A stretch of DNA of 64,000 nt from Octopus bimaculoides (GCF_001194135.2 NC_068984.1:122712921-122776920), one strand, 5' to 3'; positions 1-12,175 are shown, counted from the first letter of the stretch. Notes: generated by a model from the sequence alone, not told the origin. Numbers and translations: made by a program.

Positions 1-357
1 CAAACAATAGTTTTAATCTTGAAAAGAAACATTATGTATCTAATTGAGTTTATTCCTTTTAAAATAGCCTTCATTAAGTTTCTTGTGGTTTTCAACCTAT
101 AAGTTTTAACTGTAATGAAAATACTTCAGATTTCTTAACTGGCTGAGATGATACTCCTTATATTTTTGTAGTTTTTTTATTATCTATTTCTTTTATATCC
201 TTTTATAGCCATTTTGCTCAAAACAGCTACTTTTTTTTACTATCTTGTAAGTTTTTTCTTAGGCTTAATTGCTTGTAACTTCTTGAAATTTTAATATGAA
301 AAAAGCCACAACAGTACAGCTATGTAGCTTTTAAATCCAAACTTCAACAGGTTAGAC

Positions 358-651
358 CACTGGTTCTCAACCAGAGTTCATATAACCCCTGGGGTGGGAG
401 AGTCCATATAAGATTTTGATGGGGGTCCATGCAAGCAAAATAGTATCCACAGTAGTATGTTAATTTTGCTTTAGATGTATTTATTGCAAGAAACAGCTTG
501 GGTTTCTTTCTCTAATGTTTTATACATAGTTCAACCTATTTTGAAAAGCAAAATATTGGTCAAATTTGTAAGAAATATCTATAAAACTAGTTTTTAAACT
601 GCGAGTGGCAATGGGGGTCTACAGATAAAAAAAAAGTAGTTGAGAAAACTG
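358..651. mobile_element. hAT-like MITE (Charlie-type CAGTGGTTCTCAAC termini)
   Basis: Left end cactggttctcaac, right end gttgagaaaactg, flanked by an imperfect 8-bp duplication ggttagac/ggtttgag. The interior resembles the copies at 1217, 37122 and 51414. Confidence 0.7.
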
Positions 652-954
652 GGTTTGAGTAAACTGATGATTCATTTTGTTCATGTATTTTGTGTGCTTT
701 CCAGATCAGAGATATCCATCAGTGGGGAATAATCATTCCTATTGACTTTGAGAGGTTAAAAATTGCAACATTTCATGTTTTTGGCTCAAGTATGTATGTG
801 ACAGTAGTACAGTCAAGTACTGAACCAACATTGAGACTAACCTTGTACTATACAACAGTAACCACAATATATCGGTCTGGTTGTTTAGCTCTAGGTCAGA
901 CTTTTCAACCACAGCCATCTGCATTTTGTACACTCAGGATTACATTGTTTAGAG

Positions 955-1208
955 CAGTGTTTCTCAACCATTTTTTGTCTGTAGGCCCCTTTGATTCTTA
1001 TTTTACTCAGGTGGACCATCATAGCCATTCAATGTTTTAAAAGATCTTGTAGTTTTATAATGAAGTGTTATTAACAAATGTATGAAAGAAATTGTTAAAA
1101 TATTTTGTGTATTGTTACAAGTATAAGCGATTTATTGTGGATAAATTCTAACTACAAAATTTTATATGGACCCCCAAGGATCATACAAACCCTGGTTGAA
1201 AACCATTG
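955..1208. mobile_element. hAT-like MITE, same family, opposite orientation
   Basis: Termini cagtgtttctcaacc ... ggttgaaaaccattg; 8-bp TSD gtttagag (947-954) / gtctagag (1209-1216). Confidence 0.8.
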
Positions 1209-1216
1209 GTCTAGAG

Positions 1217-1976
1217 CAGTGGTTCTCAACTGGGGTCCATAAAAGATTTTTGCGGGGTCCACGCAACAACTAGGTTTGTTTCTCTAACATTTTAGATATA
1301 CCAGTGCCACCTGACTGGCTCCCATGCCAGTGGCACATAAAAAGCACCATTTGAGCGTGGTTAATGCCAATGCTGTCTGACTGGCTCCCATGACAGTGGC
1401 ACGTAAAAACCACCCACTACACTCTGAGTGGTTGGCATTAGGAAGGGCATCCAGCTGTAGAAACCTTGCCAGATCAGATTAGAGCCTGGTGCAGCCTCCT
1501 GGCTTGCGAGTCCTCAGTCAAATCATCCAACCCATGCCAGCATGGAAAGCAGACATTAAACGATGATGATGATGATGAAGTTAATGTGTGAAAAACTGTT
1601 GTGACAAGAGTCACTGATACCCCTGTGGAATTGGAAGAATGGACTAGCCGGATTCATATAAAAATTAGTGTATTGGCTGAGACAGGGGAAGGTTGTAGGA
1701 GTCATTGAGATTGTTGAGAGCTTGTATTTATTGGAGTATTGTGTTTAGTGGAGTAATTTGAAGTACGTCATGTGAAGATAGTTGTGTCTATCCCCACTTT
1801 GTGAAATCTGTATATCCAACATAAAGAAGAGTATAAAAAAAACAAAATAGGAATTTTGAAAAAATTTCTATAAAACTAGTTATTAAACATTGAATGGCTA
1901 TGGGGTGGGGGGTCCATCAGAATAAAATAGTAATCGAAGGGGTCCACAGTAAAAAAAAAATGGTTGAGAGCCCCTG
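1217..1976. mobile_element. hAT-like MITE carrying a nested SINE and extra sequence
   Basis: Termini cagtggttctcaac ... ggttgagagcccctg; TSD gtctagag (1209-1216) / gtctcgag (1977-1984). Confidence 0.75.
1300..1577 (+). mobile_element. SINE-like retroposon with (GAT)n tail, nested in the MITE
   Basis: Body gagtggttggcattaggaagggcatccagctgtagaaac...gcatggaaagcagacattaaacgatgatgatg. The same body recurs at about 9513-9666, 11049-11290 (-), 13030-13190, 26363-26645, 28715-28885, 35440-35635, 43820-43930 and 63830-64000. Confidence 0.85.
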
Positions 1977-2583
1977 GTCTCGAGTATCTCTTGTCATTTT
2001 ATGTTAACAAGATGTGATTTGGGGCTGATCTGGTTGCTGTTTCTAGCAGATTAAGCAAGCATGTAGATAGATGCGTTTATCTTTAGCTTATAAATCTTGT
2101 TACCAGTAATGTACGAAATTCAATAATGAGTCAATTCAATGGCCTTCTGCCAATGTAAAAAATTTCTTATCTGTTTATCTATTACTTACCACCACTACTA
2201 TTACTGCTACTATCACCTCCACAGCCACTACTACTACAACTACCACCACTTTTACTACTACCACTTCAATTAATATTACCAACACTGCTATTAACTCCAC
2301 CACCACAACAGTGATCTTTGTCTCTCTTTGAACCAATTGACACTATATTTATTCACCTACACTTGTAACCAACACTATGTAACACCGCCCCCCCCCCCGC
2401 CTATCTTTCTTCTGTAATCCCTCCTTCCCTCTCTCTCCTTTCTCCTGTTCTGCTGAACCTAGACTGCATATTGAACGCTGTCCAATCGTTTCTTTACACA
2501 ATACTGAGTACCGCAACCTGCCAAGACAAAACCACTGCCTCTCCCATAATCCCTTAGACATTAATTACTAACCTGCTATGCGA

Positions 2584-3842
2584 ACCATGAGAGTCTGTAT
2601 CTGATCACCCGGCCAGCTAGAAATAGCAGTCAAACTTCCCTCCAATCACAACCTACTGTCTTGAATGGAAAAAGAGAAAGGAAGCGCATTAGACAGGATA
2701 TTCATGGTTGGAATGCCATTGATCGTAAATCTGCGCAGTTAGGGCTGATCTGGAGCTAAAATACTACTACTACTACTACTATTCAAGCTGAATATAAACT
2801 GCATGAATGTCAAGCCAACCTGTTTGTCTAGAAAAGTCAGCAGAGGTTTGTGGGTGTGTCCTTATTCTTGCGACTAACCAAATATAAACACTAAATGACA
2901 CTGGTACCATTGAAAAGATGTCCCTTAACCCCAAGTAGACAAACTTTTGATCAAAGGCATTATCAAAAGCATTCCATGTGTGTGTGTGTGTGTGTGTGGC
3001 AGGGGTGGGGGAAGGGGCATAGTGTACCTCGGACTACATTGTCTAATATATCCTTCTTCTTTGCTTTTTTCTAAGATTATAGGGTTTTATACAAGGGAGA
3101 TATTAAAAGTTAGGATGAAGGTGTGTGTTTACACACACATACATATGTGTGTTTATATTTGTGCTTATCTGAAAATTACTCAGATTAAGGGCAGTAACAT
3201 TACTCACATTCTGTCAATTAGTGTGTCTACTGGCTTTCTGTCTTCAGTTTGTGGAATAAAGTATCCCTTACTTGACAAGCAGGTGAGGGTTAATGACAGG
3301 AAGTGCGTCCGACTGTAAAACAACACCTCAATACTATATTCATCTAATCCATGCTAGCATGAACATAATCAAACAAACGAATATATATTTTACCTGAATT
3401 TCTTAGATGAGGAATTATCATTTTTTTTACATTTAATATTCCAACTCTTTACATTCCGAGTTCAAATTTCAATGTGATCAATTTTGGTTTCATTCTTCCT
3501 GAGCCGATGACATAAAGAACCGGCCAAATATTGGATTCAAATTTTGGCACAAGACCAGCTGTTTTGAGGGAGAGGGTAAGTTGATTTTATCAACACCCCC
3601 AAACCTCTGCTGACTTTTTGTAGACAAACAGGTTGACTTGACATTCATACAGTTAATATTCAGCTTGAATAGAAGTAGTAGTAGTATTTTAGCTCCAGAT
3701 CAGCCCTAACTGCGTAGATCTATGATTAATAGCATTCCAACCATGAATGCACTTCCTTTCTCTTTTTCTATTCAAGACAATAGGTTATGATTGGAGGGAA
3801 GTTTGATTGCTGGTTCAGTAATCAAATATGGACTCTCATGGT
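2584..3842. repeat. Local inverted duplication, arms 2584-2857 and 3593-3842
   Basis: The reverse complement of the right arm aligns to the left arm over a SINE copy with shared private variants. The match continues over ~80 bp of non-repeat flank (attcaagctgaatat..aactg..tgaatgtcaag.caacctgtttgtcta.aaaagtcagcagaggttt). Confidence 0.9.
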
Positions 3843-5476
3843 ACTTATTCTATTGACCTTGAAAGGATAAAAGACAAAGTCAAACCATGGCAGCAGAATT
3901 TGAAATCAGGGTAAAGTGCCACTAAGTATTTTGGCCAGTGTGCTAATGATTCTGCCAGCTTTAATGCCTTGTGACATATGGCAGTTGTTTGACTGACAAC
4001 ATTGTCTGTTGTTTCTGCTTTTAGAAGCTGATATTACTATGCTTGCAGGGCAGTTGTTACTTGAGAAACCTTTATCATCATCATCATCATTTAATGTCTA
4101 TGTATCATACTGGCATGGGTTGAATAGTTTAATGTGTCCAACGACTGCTTTGGCATGGTTTTTACAGTATGAACTGGGTACATTTTTCATGCCACCCTCA
4201 CTATTGAGGTTGCCATGCAGTTCGCAGGATGACAAGAACCCTTTTCATTGGGGTTGTACATAGCTTCCTTGCAGTAACGATGGCAGCGGGTAAAAATCAA
4301 TTAACTTTGAAGAATAAACTAGAAGGAAGTCCTTCATTAATGAAGTGCAATCTAATGGAAGAGGACTTTTCTTAACATCCATTAAACAATCTCAAATTAT
4401 CAAAGCAAACTTGTTTCTTTATTGGCCTAGCACAATTATAACATCTGACATTTTTTTTTTAACAGTACCAGGTGCACTGCTTTTTGTATTTATTCATTTT
4501 CAATCAATGTATTTCATGTTGTGCTTACTTTCATTATTTAAATATTTGTACTATAGTTAACACGACAGAAATTTCCCTCTAAATAGGGTACTGTTGACAG
4601 AGCTTTCAGATTTCTCATGGCTTCAATAGATTATATTTTTTGTCTCTTGCTTGTTTCAGTTATTCGGCTGCAACAGCTATGCTTGGGCACCATTTAAAGG
4701 ATTTAGTTGGACAAATTCCCTAGTACTTATTTTTTTAAAGTCTGGTACTTAATCTATAAGTCTGTTTTGCCAAACCACTAAGTTACAGGGATGTAAACAA
4801 ACCAACACCGATTGTCAAATAGTGGGGTGGCAAACACAGATACACCCATACATAATGGAAGAAATCAACCCTAGTACTTATTCTTCAATTTGTGTCTCTT
4901 TTTCTATAGCTTGAGGCCTTTCCTGTCACCAACCAACACCTGTTTCCAACAAGACATATTTTCATAAAAGACAGGAAATGAATAGCACCACATGTATGAT
5001 GGTGATACTCACTTTCAACCATCAGGTTGCAGTCCACACATGCACACACACATTTCTTTCAGTTTCTACCAAATCTGACAGGAAAGGTACTTGCCTAAAG
5101 TGTCATACAATGAGATTGAACCCAAAACCATATGGTTGAGAAGGAAGAGAGCTACTTAATCACACAGCCAGGGTTAGATATAATAGGTGTTCCTATAATT
5201 TAAGACCGGGAATTATCTAGTGCCCCCAAAGACTGTAATCTTTTTAGTTGTGTGTTTTACGCATCACATGCTATAATTATGTAGAAAAGAAATCTTTTTT
5301 TTTAATGGGTAAAGATTTCTTTGCCAACTTTTCATTTCCATAATTTTTTACTTTCTTTAGAAAATTGTTTCAGAATTATATTCTAAACATCTGAGATTCT
5401 TCACAAGCATGTGTAACTTTTTTAAATCGGAAAACATTTTCAAAAAAAAAAAATAATAATAATAATAATAATAATA

Positions 5477-5863
5477 GGCGTAGGAGTGGCTGTGTGGTAA
5501 GTAGCTTGCTTACGAACCACATGGTTCCGGGTTCAGTCCCACTGTGTGGCACCTTGAGCAAGTGTCTTCTACTATAGCCTCGGGCCGACCAAAACCTTGT
5601 GAGTAGATTTGGTAGACGGAAACTGAAAGAAGCCTGTCGTATGTATATGTTTATATATGTGTTTGTGTGTCTGTGTTTGTCCCCTAAACATCGTTTGACA
5701 ACTGATGCTGGTGTTTACGTCCCCGTAACTTAGCGGTTCGGCAAAAAGAGACCGATAGAATAAGTACTTGGCTTACAAAAGAATAAGTCCTGGGGTCGAT
5801 GTGCTCGACTAAAGGCGGTGCTCCAGCATGGCCGCAGTCAAATGACTGAAACAAGTAAAGAGT
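5477..5863 (+). mobile_element. Full-length tRNA-derived, CORE-like SINE (little decayed)
   Basis: Pol III A box tggctgtgtgg and B box ggttcagtccc, CORE-like ggcaccttgagcaagtgtc, internal (TG)n, and tail ggcggtgctccagcatggccgcagtcaaatgactgaaacaagtaaagag. CpGs are retained. Confidence 0.9.
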
Positions 5864-5929
5864 AATAATAGGGAAATGAGTGCCCCTTCCTCTCTTCAGC
5901 TCACTTTTTATTTATTTATTTATTTTTAT

Positions 5930-6545
5930 TCAGAATCGTAATTTGCTATATTTGAAACATCCACATCCGACGAAACTACGGTATTTTACACACTACATAA
6001 TTCCAAGCCGTGTCCTATAGAAAGGCCGTGTGTGTAAAATAGTTTTTTTTTACTTTTGTGCTATTCTATTTATTTTGTTTTTTCCTTTCCCCCTGTCAAC
6101 AAGGTAAGAAAGGAACAGGGCGCATGATTTTCGCAGACATTCCATGCCTGCTAAAATAATACAGCTGATGTGTCCATGAACTTCTGTAAGTCAGTGATTG
6201 CAATTAAAACGTGGCTGTGGTCGGGAAATCGGTTGTCTCGCATTAATGATGACAGCAGTATCAAAACCACACAACCTGGCACTCGAGGGGCCAGGCGATG
6301 GTGTTAAGCCAGTGAGTGAGGGGCGTGTTTGATCCGCCTTCCCCTTTCTTTACTCAATTGCAGCACGGATGTACAGCACAAAAATGACGTGGTTTCCATA
6401 TGCCGTCAGAGTGACTGTACGTTAAATTGTTAATGCACCTGTAAGAGCCATTATCAACCTCTCGTCACTTTCCGCAATCAAAGTCATTAATATTATTATT
6501 GCATCATACAAGTGCGTGCGTGCACGGGCGTCTTTCACTCTCTCT
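5930..6545 (+). promoter_or_regulatory. CpG-retaining promoter-like region with a splice donor (AAG|GTAAGA, intron starting 6104)
   Basis: CpG density is high relative to the flanks. It contains a GC-box-like ggggcgtgt (~6319), a CRE/UPRE-like TGACGTGG (6385-6392), a donor at 6104 and a second GTAAGT at 6186. Confidence 0.45.
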
Positions 6546-7250
6546 CACTCACTCACTCACTCACTCACACAGACACTCTCTCACTCACTCACACACACAC
6601 ACTATATTCCAAACTTATTCATTCAGTATTTATAGCTAGATTATCTCCCCTAACCTCACCTCGTTTACCTCCCTTGTCACATAACCTTCTTGTATGTTAA
6701 TTAAAAATTAATTAGCAGAGATGCTGTCATACAAAATTCCTTGTACCAAATTACTATTTCGCAAAATATAGAACAGTTTTATTTTTCGGTTAATTTATTT
6801 GAATCCTCTTTAGCTCCTTGAAATACTACGTATTATGTTTTAAAGTTGTTTTTTTTTTCTCCAATTAAAATTCGTTTTTCTTTCTCCTGTATATCTACGT
6901 TTTCACTACAACATGAACATTTAATTCAATTATCGATCAGCTGCTACAATACTCCCGTGTTTTGAAGAGTTGTAAACCACTGGTTCTTCCCATGGTCATG
7001 AATCAAAATTATCACCTAGGTATGATTGTGTGAATAATATACATGATACGTATAGGCAGCAGTTAGATTTAGGGAATTTATGCATACTCATAATTGTGAA
7101 AGCATATATATATAATATATTAATATTTATTGCCAAACTAACGTGGCAGTCTGTAGAAATAGAACGAATACTACTGTTGATTAGCTCCGAGAGGCGATCG
7201 TCTCTAGCTAGCTATATGACGCACGAACTTGCGGAGGTCATCAACATTAT

Positions 7251-7608
7251 TCTTTTACTTGTTTCAGCCATTTGACTGCGGCCATGCCGGAGCACCGCCT
7301 TTGGTCATACAAATCGACCCCAGGACTTGCTCTTTGTAAGCCTGGTACTTATTGCAGCTTTCTATTTTGCCGAACCGCTAAGTTACGGTGGCATAAACAC
7401 ACCAGCATCGGTTGTCAAGCGATGGTGGTGGGACCAACACAGACACATATAACGGGTTTCTTTCAGTTTCCGTCTACCAAATCCACTCACAAGGCTTTGG
7501 TCGGCCCGAGGCTACAGTAGAAGACACTTGCCCAAGGTACCACGCAGTGGGACTGAACACGGAACCATGTGGTTGGGAAGCAAGCTTCTAACCACACAGC
7601 CACGCCTG
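7251..7608 (-). mobile_element. Full-length tRNA-derived, CORE-like SINE, inverted relative to the 5477 copy
   Basis: Reverse complement of the same family. Other copies or fragments lie at about 4630-5170, 8440-8670, 17606-18220, 24870-25075, 35640-35915, 37853-38199, 43531-43700 and 52190-52570. Confidence 0.9.
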
Positions 7609-7641
<33 letters not shown>

Positions 7642-8055
7642 CATCAAAAATTTTCCTCGGTCGGATAATTGTGTAAGTCAATGAATATAAACGTTTCCAT
7701 ATTGGCTGGCACAAAAATGCTACTTAAAATGTGTGTGCGAACGTATATTTATGAAATTGAATAAAGCTTAAAATTTATAGGTTTTAATGGGTATAGTCGA
7801 GTGAATGGGCATAATTTTATTTCTGTTAATTATTGACAACGAAGGAAGGAAACCCAATGTTGTCTCAGGTGGCATCTGAATGCCACGAAATAATGTTATG
7901 TGTCTGAGTTTATCGCCACCTTTTCTACATACCACCGCCTTTGCATTGACAGTAATAATACTTTAATTAGTGATAATCATTTTGATAATTTCCCATTTAG
8001 ACACAAGCCTTCCCATAATACGAGATACTACTACATAAACAATTTTTCTTTTTGT

Positions 8056-8133
<78 letters not shown>

Positions 8134-8150
8134 CATACATACATACACAC
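8056..8150. repeat. Compound microsatellite (TG)n(TA)n(CATA)n
   Basis: Directly visible. It is one of dozens of di- and tri-nucleotide arrays, e.g. 13900-14110, 14790-14910, 18650-18771, 27650-27692, 34447-34492, 47222-47300, 54381-54431. Confidence 0.98.
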
Positions 8151-8955
8151 AGTAGGAATATTACCTGTTTATCACAAGAATATAACACAATGGCTATAGG
8201 AAGGACTTGAAATCAAGACCATGTGTTAAGTAATCTAACATGCAAGCCTCATAACCATTCTCATTTCTTCACTTTCTGAGTTCAGATCTCATGAAAGACA
8301 TGTTATCTGTTCAGATTATCTGTTATCTGTTCAGGTTTTAATAAAATAAGTATCATTCAATTACAGGGACTGATTCTGTGAACTTTACCTTGTACTCTAA
8401 AATTTATGACCAAGTTCTAATGTAAGGAAAAAAACATTAGTGTGTGTTTGTGTTTGTTTCCCTACCACCACCACCAATCTGCCACCATCTCTTGACAACA
8501 CCTGGTATTAGTTTGTTTACATCCCTGTAACTTAGAAGCTCAGTAGAATAAGTACCAAACTTTTAAAAAAATTAGTGGTAGTGTTGATTTGTTCAACTAA
8601 ACCCCTCTAGGTGGTGCCCCACCATGGCTGCTGTCCAGTGATTGAACAAGTAAAAGTTAAAAGAATAATACTTGTGGTGGTGGTGGTGGTGATGGCATGA
8701 TGATTATAACATGATTTCCTTTCTGTTACAAATACCCTCCTTATACAGGTTCACTCTCTCCCAGTAATTTCATATTTCCAAACCCAAAGTTAACCACATT
8801 AATTTTACTTTATATCTAAATTAATATAGCCCATGAAGACTTTAAATGCTTTTACTTCAGACCAACTACTAAAAAGTCTGCTTTGTAGATATGTCCTTTT
8901 ATAGAAATGTGTTCCCTAATTATAAGTAACTGCCATAAATTAAATACATTAAAGT

Positions 8956-9079
8956 CAAGCTAGAAATAGTAACCAAATCTTTTATATCACATCCTGTTCT
9001 TTAACAAAAAGGAATAGTAACCAAGCTAGAAATAGTAACCAAATCTTTTATATCACATCCTGTTCTTTAACAAAAAGGA
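8956..9079. repeat. Exact 58-bp direct tandem duplication (period 66) inside a SINE
   Basis: caagctagaaatagtaaccaaatcttttatatcacatcctgttctttaacaaaaagga occurs at 8956-9013 and 9022-9079. Confidence 0.95.
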
Positions 9080-10611
9080 GTAGACATTCACAACTGAAAT
9101 GCCTTTGATTGTAGGTCTCCTATTCAAATGGGACTGACCTGAAACTAAACAACAACATATATTAAAGTGTATATTTAGCTTCCTTGTATAAGCAAGACTT
9201 CATCTGTAGCCTTATAAACAGTTCAGTTCAAGAGATAAAAGAGTTAAATGTCAAAGCTTTGTTGTTATTATCATTGTAATTTCCCAGTATAGTGGTTTCA
9301 TCTTTAGCATTTATTATCAATATTTACTGCATCTACACTGTGTTTCAGTCAGTCTGATATCTAATCAGTTATTAGATATTGAGCTGATTGAGACATATAA
9401 TAGGTGTAAAGGTTGTAAAGATGCAATCAATATAGTCAGTTAAATAATAATCTTCAAAAAAAAAAAATTAACATTAATTACTTCTTTCAGTTTAGAAATA
9501 ATAGTTTTAAGTCTCTGAGTGGTTGGCGTTAGGAAGGGCATCCAGCTGTAGAAACTCTGCCAAATCGGACTGGAGCCTGGTGTTGCCATCCGGTTTCACC
9601 AGTCCTCAGTCAAATCGTCCAACCCATGCTAGCATGGAAAGCGGACGTTAAACGATGATGATGATGAAGTCACCTTCTAGTTTGGAGCTCCATATATATC
9701 CAGGCACAAGACACCTGATGATTAGAATATGAACAAATTAAAACATAGTGTAGATGTAAATATTGTACATATCTACTCTAATGACCAGAAAATTATAATC
9801 TTAGTAAGACAGTATCTTTTGAGAAGATCTTTGAGATAACAATGTCTATAATGTTAAAATTGTAAAGACAAATTGCTCTGGTAATATTGGATAAAGTGAT
9901 GGTGTGGTGAACATGATAAAGGCACGAATAAAGAATGAGCAGGACTTGCTTTGAGTAAATGGTAAAATGAAAATATTAGTGATAAGCATATTATTATCCA
10001 TAAAACACCCTCAATAAATCATCATTATCAACAACAGCATCAGCAATAAATCAAGTATTATTAGAAGCTCCATGTTCCACGATTCCAAACGTTATCAGGA
10101 AGTGGATGAGTCATGGTGATGTCAGAAATTTGCAAGGCAGATGCCACAGTTCAAATTCTGATATTATGATGTTAGAATACGTAACACATTTATAAATGAT
10201 ATTGGAATTCACGACATATCTATAAACGAAAACATATGAAATAATATAGAAACATCATAGTGTAAATAAACAACACTGCACTACAGACATATGTTCAAGG
10301 TATTGTTACAAAGCAAATATTATAATAAATACGTATAGTTAGTTAATTCCTCTTAATTACATAACCTCAGTAATTGAAATATATGCAAGTAACCAAATTT
10401 GTATAGCAGTTAATAAATTTTAAGATTTCAAAATATTGTCAGTAAAATGGCATTATAGTAATAGGGTATTATATTTCAGTAAGCATTATATAATGAATTT
10501 ATTTTACAGTATATTTTCTGTATACATAATTTATTCCACACCCACTTCAAGCTATTTTTTTTAAATATGTATTGATATGGCAGTTTTTTTTGTTTTTTTT
10601 TTTTATCTTAG

Positions 10612-10926
10612 ATGCATGGCTTAGAGGTTAGGGTATTTGGCTCACAATTGTAAGGTTGTGAGTTCAATTCCCAACAGCATGTTGTGTCCTTGAGCAAGGC
10701 ACTTTATTTCATGTTGCTCCAATCCAATCAGCTGGCAAAAATGAGTAGTACCTGTATTTCAAAGGGCCTGCCTTGTCATATTGTGTGTCACACTGAATCT
10801 CTCTGAGAAGTACATAAGAGTACATGTATCTGTAGAGTGTTCAGCCACTAACACATTAATTTCATGAGAGGATGTTCTATCGATTAGATCAACTGGAACC
10901 CTCATTGTCATAATTGGTGGAGTGCT
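10612..10926 (+). mobile_element. tRNA-derived CORE-like SINE, second family
   Basis: A box tggcttagagg, B box gagttcaattccc and core gtgtccttgagcaaggcactt. The same head and core with different 3' parts occur at about 25120-25440 and 41765-41990. Confidence 0.8.
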
Positions 10927-12081
10927 AGTAAAAATAATTTGACCTTATCCTCTTAGTTTTCCAAACATTCTGATCAACTCAAGCCTTGCTAGTTAACAAA
11001 ACTTAGTTAGATGAATAATTTGGAATGTTGTGGATAGCAAAACAAGCATGCATCATCATCATCATCAGTTCTTAATGTCTGTCTTTCATGCTGGCATGGG
11101 TTGTTACATGGTTTGCCAAGACCTAGTTAGCCCAAGAACTGCATCACACTCCCAGTATCTATTTTGGCATGGCTTCTACATCTGGATGCTCTTCCTAACT
11201 AACACCAACCACTTTACAGAGTGTACTGGGTGCTTTTTTATTTTTTTACATGGCACCAACACTTGTAAGGTCACCATGTAGCTTGCAACACCAAGACCCT
11301 CTTTGACTGAGTTGGTTTAAAGTAGAGAGGGAGGCAATTTCATGATAGTTAATGAGAGATTAAAATATGAAAGAAGGAGCTGGGACAGATTTCTTGCAGC
11401 AGAAGAGCTATATGGCTATTTGTGTAAAATAGCATCATTTTCTTAGAGAGATCCAATGGGCAAATGACTGGTTCTATGTAAATGGCCTTATCATATTTTA
11501 GCTTCATAAAATGTATAGCACATCTTGTTTTAGTGTCCGCTGCCTCTTTGACCTATGTATTAGATCTGACATATATGAAGATGAGCCTATTAGTATAGGC
11601 AGTACTATCTCCAGCATCATATAACTATAGCAGGTTCTGTTAGATTAATCTTCCAGAGTGATTGTTAAAGATATTGATGAGAAATGTTTTCTTTGTAATG
11701 TGCTCTCAGCCTTTAGAGAGTATATTTGAAATATTCTATCTACAATAAGTTTTGGTTGGTTTGTTTGTGGATGTACTTAACCGCTAAATCACCAGTTTAT
11801 GTACAATTATTATTGCAATTTTAGATTTTAATTTACCTTTCAGTAATGGTAGCCATATTGAGCTGATATCAGCTCTAGATATACTGAACTGCTTATTTGA
11901 TTTTTCTAAGTTTCTACTGTCTATTGTCTGTCTACAGAGTTAGATTTGAAGTAATAACTAGTTACATGTAACACTAAAGTTGTGTATATTATCAGTCTTT
12001 CTTCTCCAGTTCGAAAATGTGAAGTGAATATTGTGAAAATGTATTAATATTAACACACATAACACTAGTAATTTCATTTTT

Positions 12082-12175
12082 CTAATGTATTTTCCTTTTT
12101 TCTTTTTCTTACAGGTAAGTCATTTTATTTGCAAAATCTTCTCACTACATAGAATTCTTTTAATGCAAGGTAAGT
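12082..12175 (+). other. Recursive splice site (3'SS fused to 5'SS) with a 55-nt RS-exon candidate at 12115-12169
   Basis: Branch-like ctaat (12082-12086), a ~20-nt pure pyrimidine tract, ACAG|GTAAGT (12111-12120), and a second consensus donor CAAG|GTAAGT with GT at 12170. Confidence 0.65.

Noticed and set aside
5477-5560. tRNA genes
   Set aside because: A and B boxes belong to SINE heads that run on into CORE-like and tail sequence. No complete cloverleaf with a terminator is seen.
7869-7890. Perfect hairpin GTGGCAT-ctga-ATGCCAC followed by GAAA as hammerhead stem II
   Set aside because: There is no CUGANGA upstream and no compatible stems I or III.
9575-9615. CTGAGGA-ctggt-GAAA-CCGG on the minus strand of the (GAT)n-tailed SINE
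   Set aside because: It has no stem II pair, no UH and no stem I, and GAAA is not conserved in the 1300 and 26363 copies.
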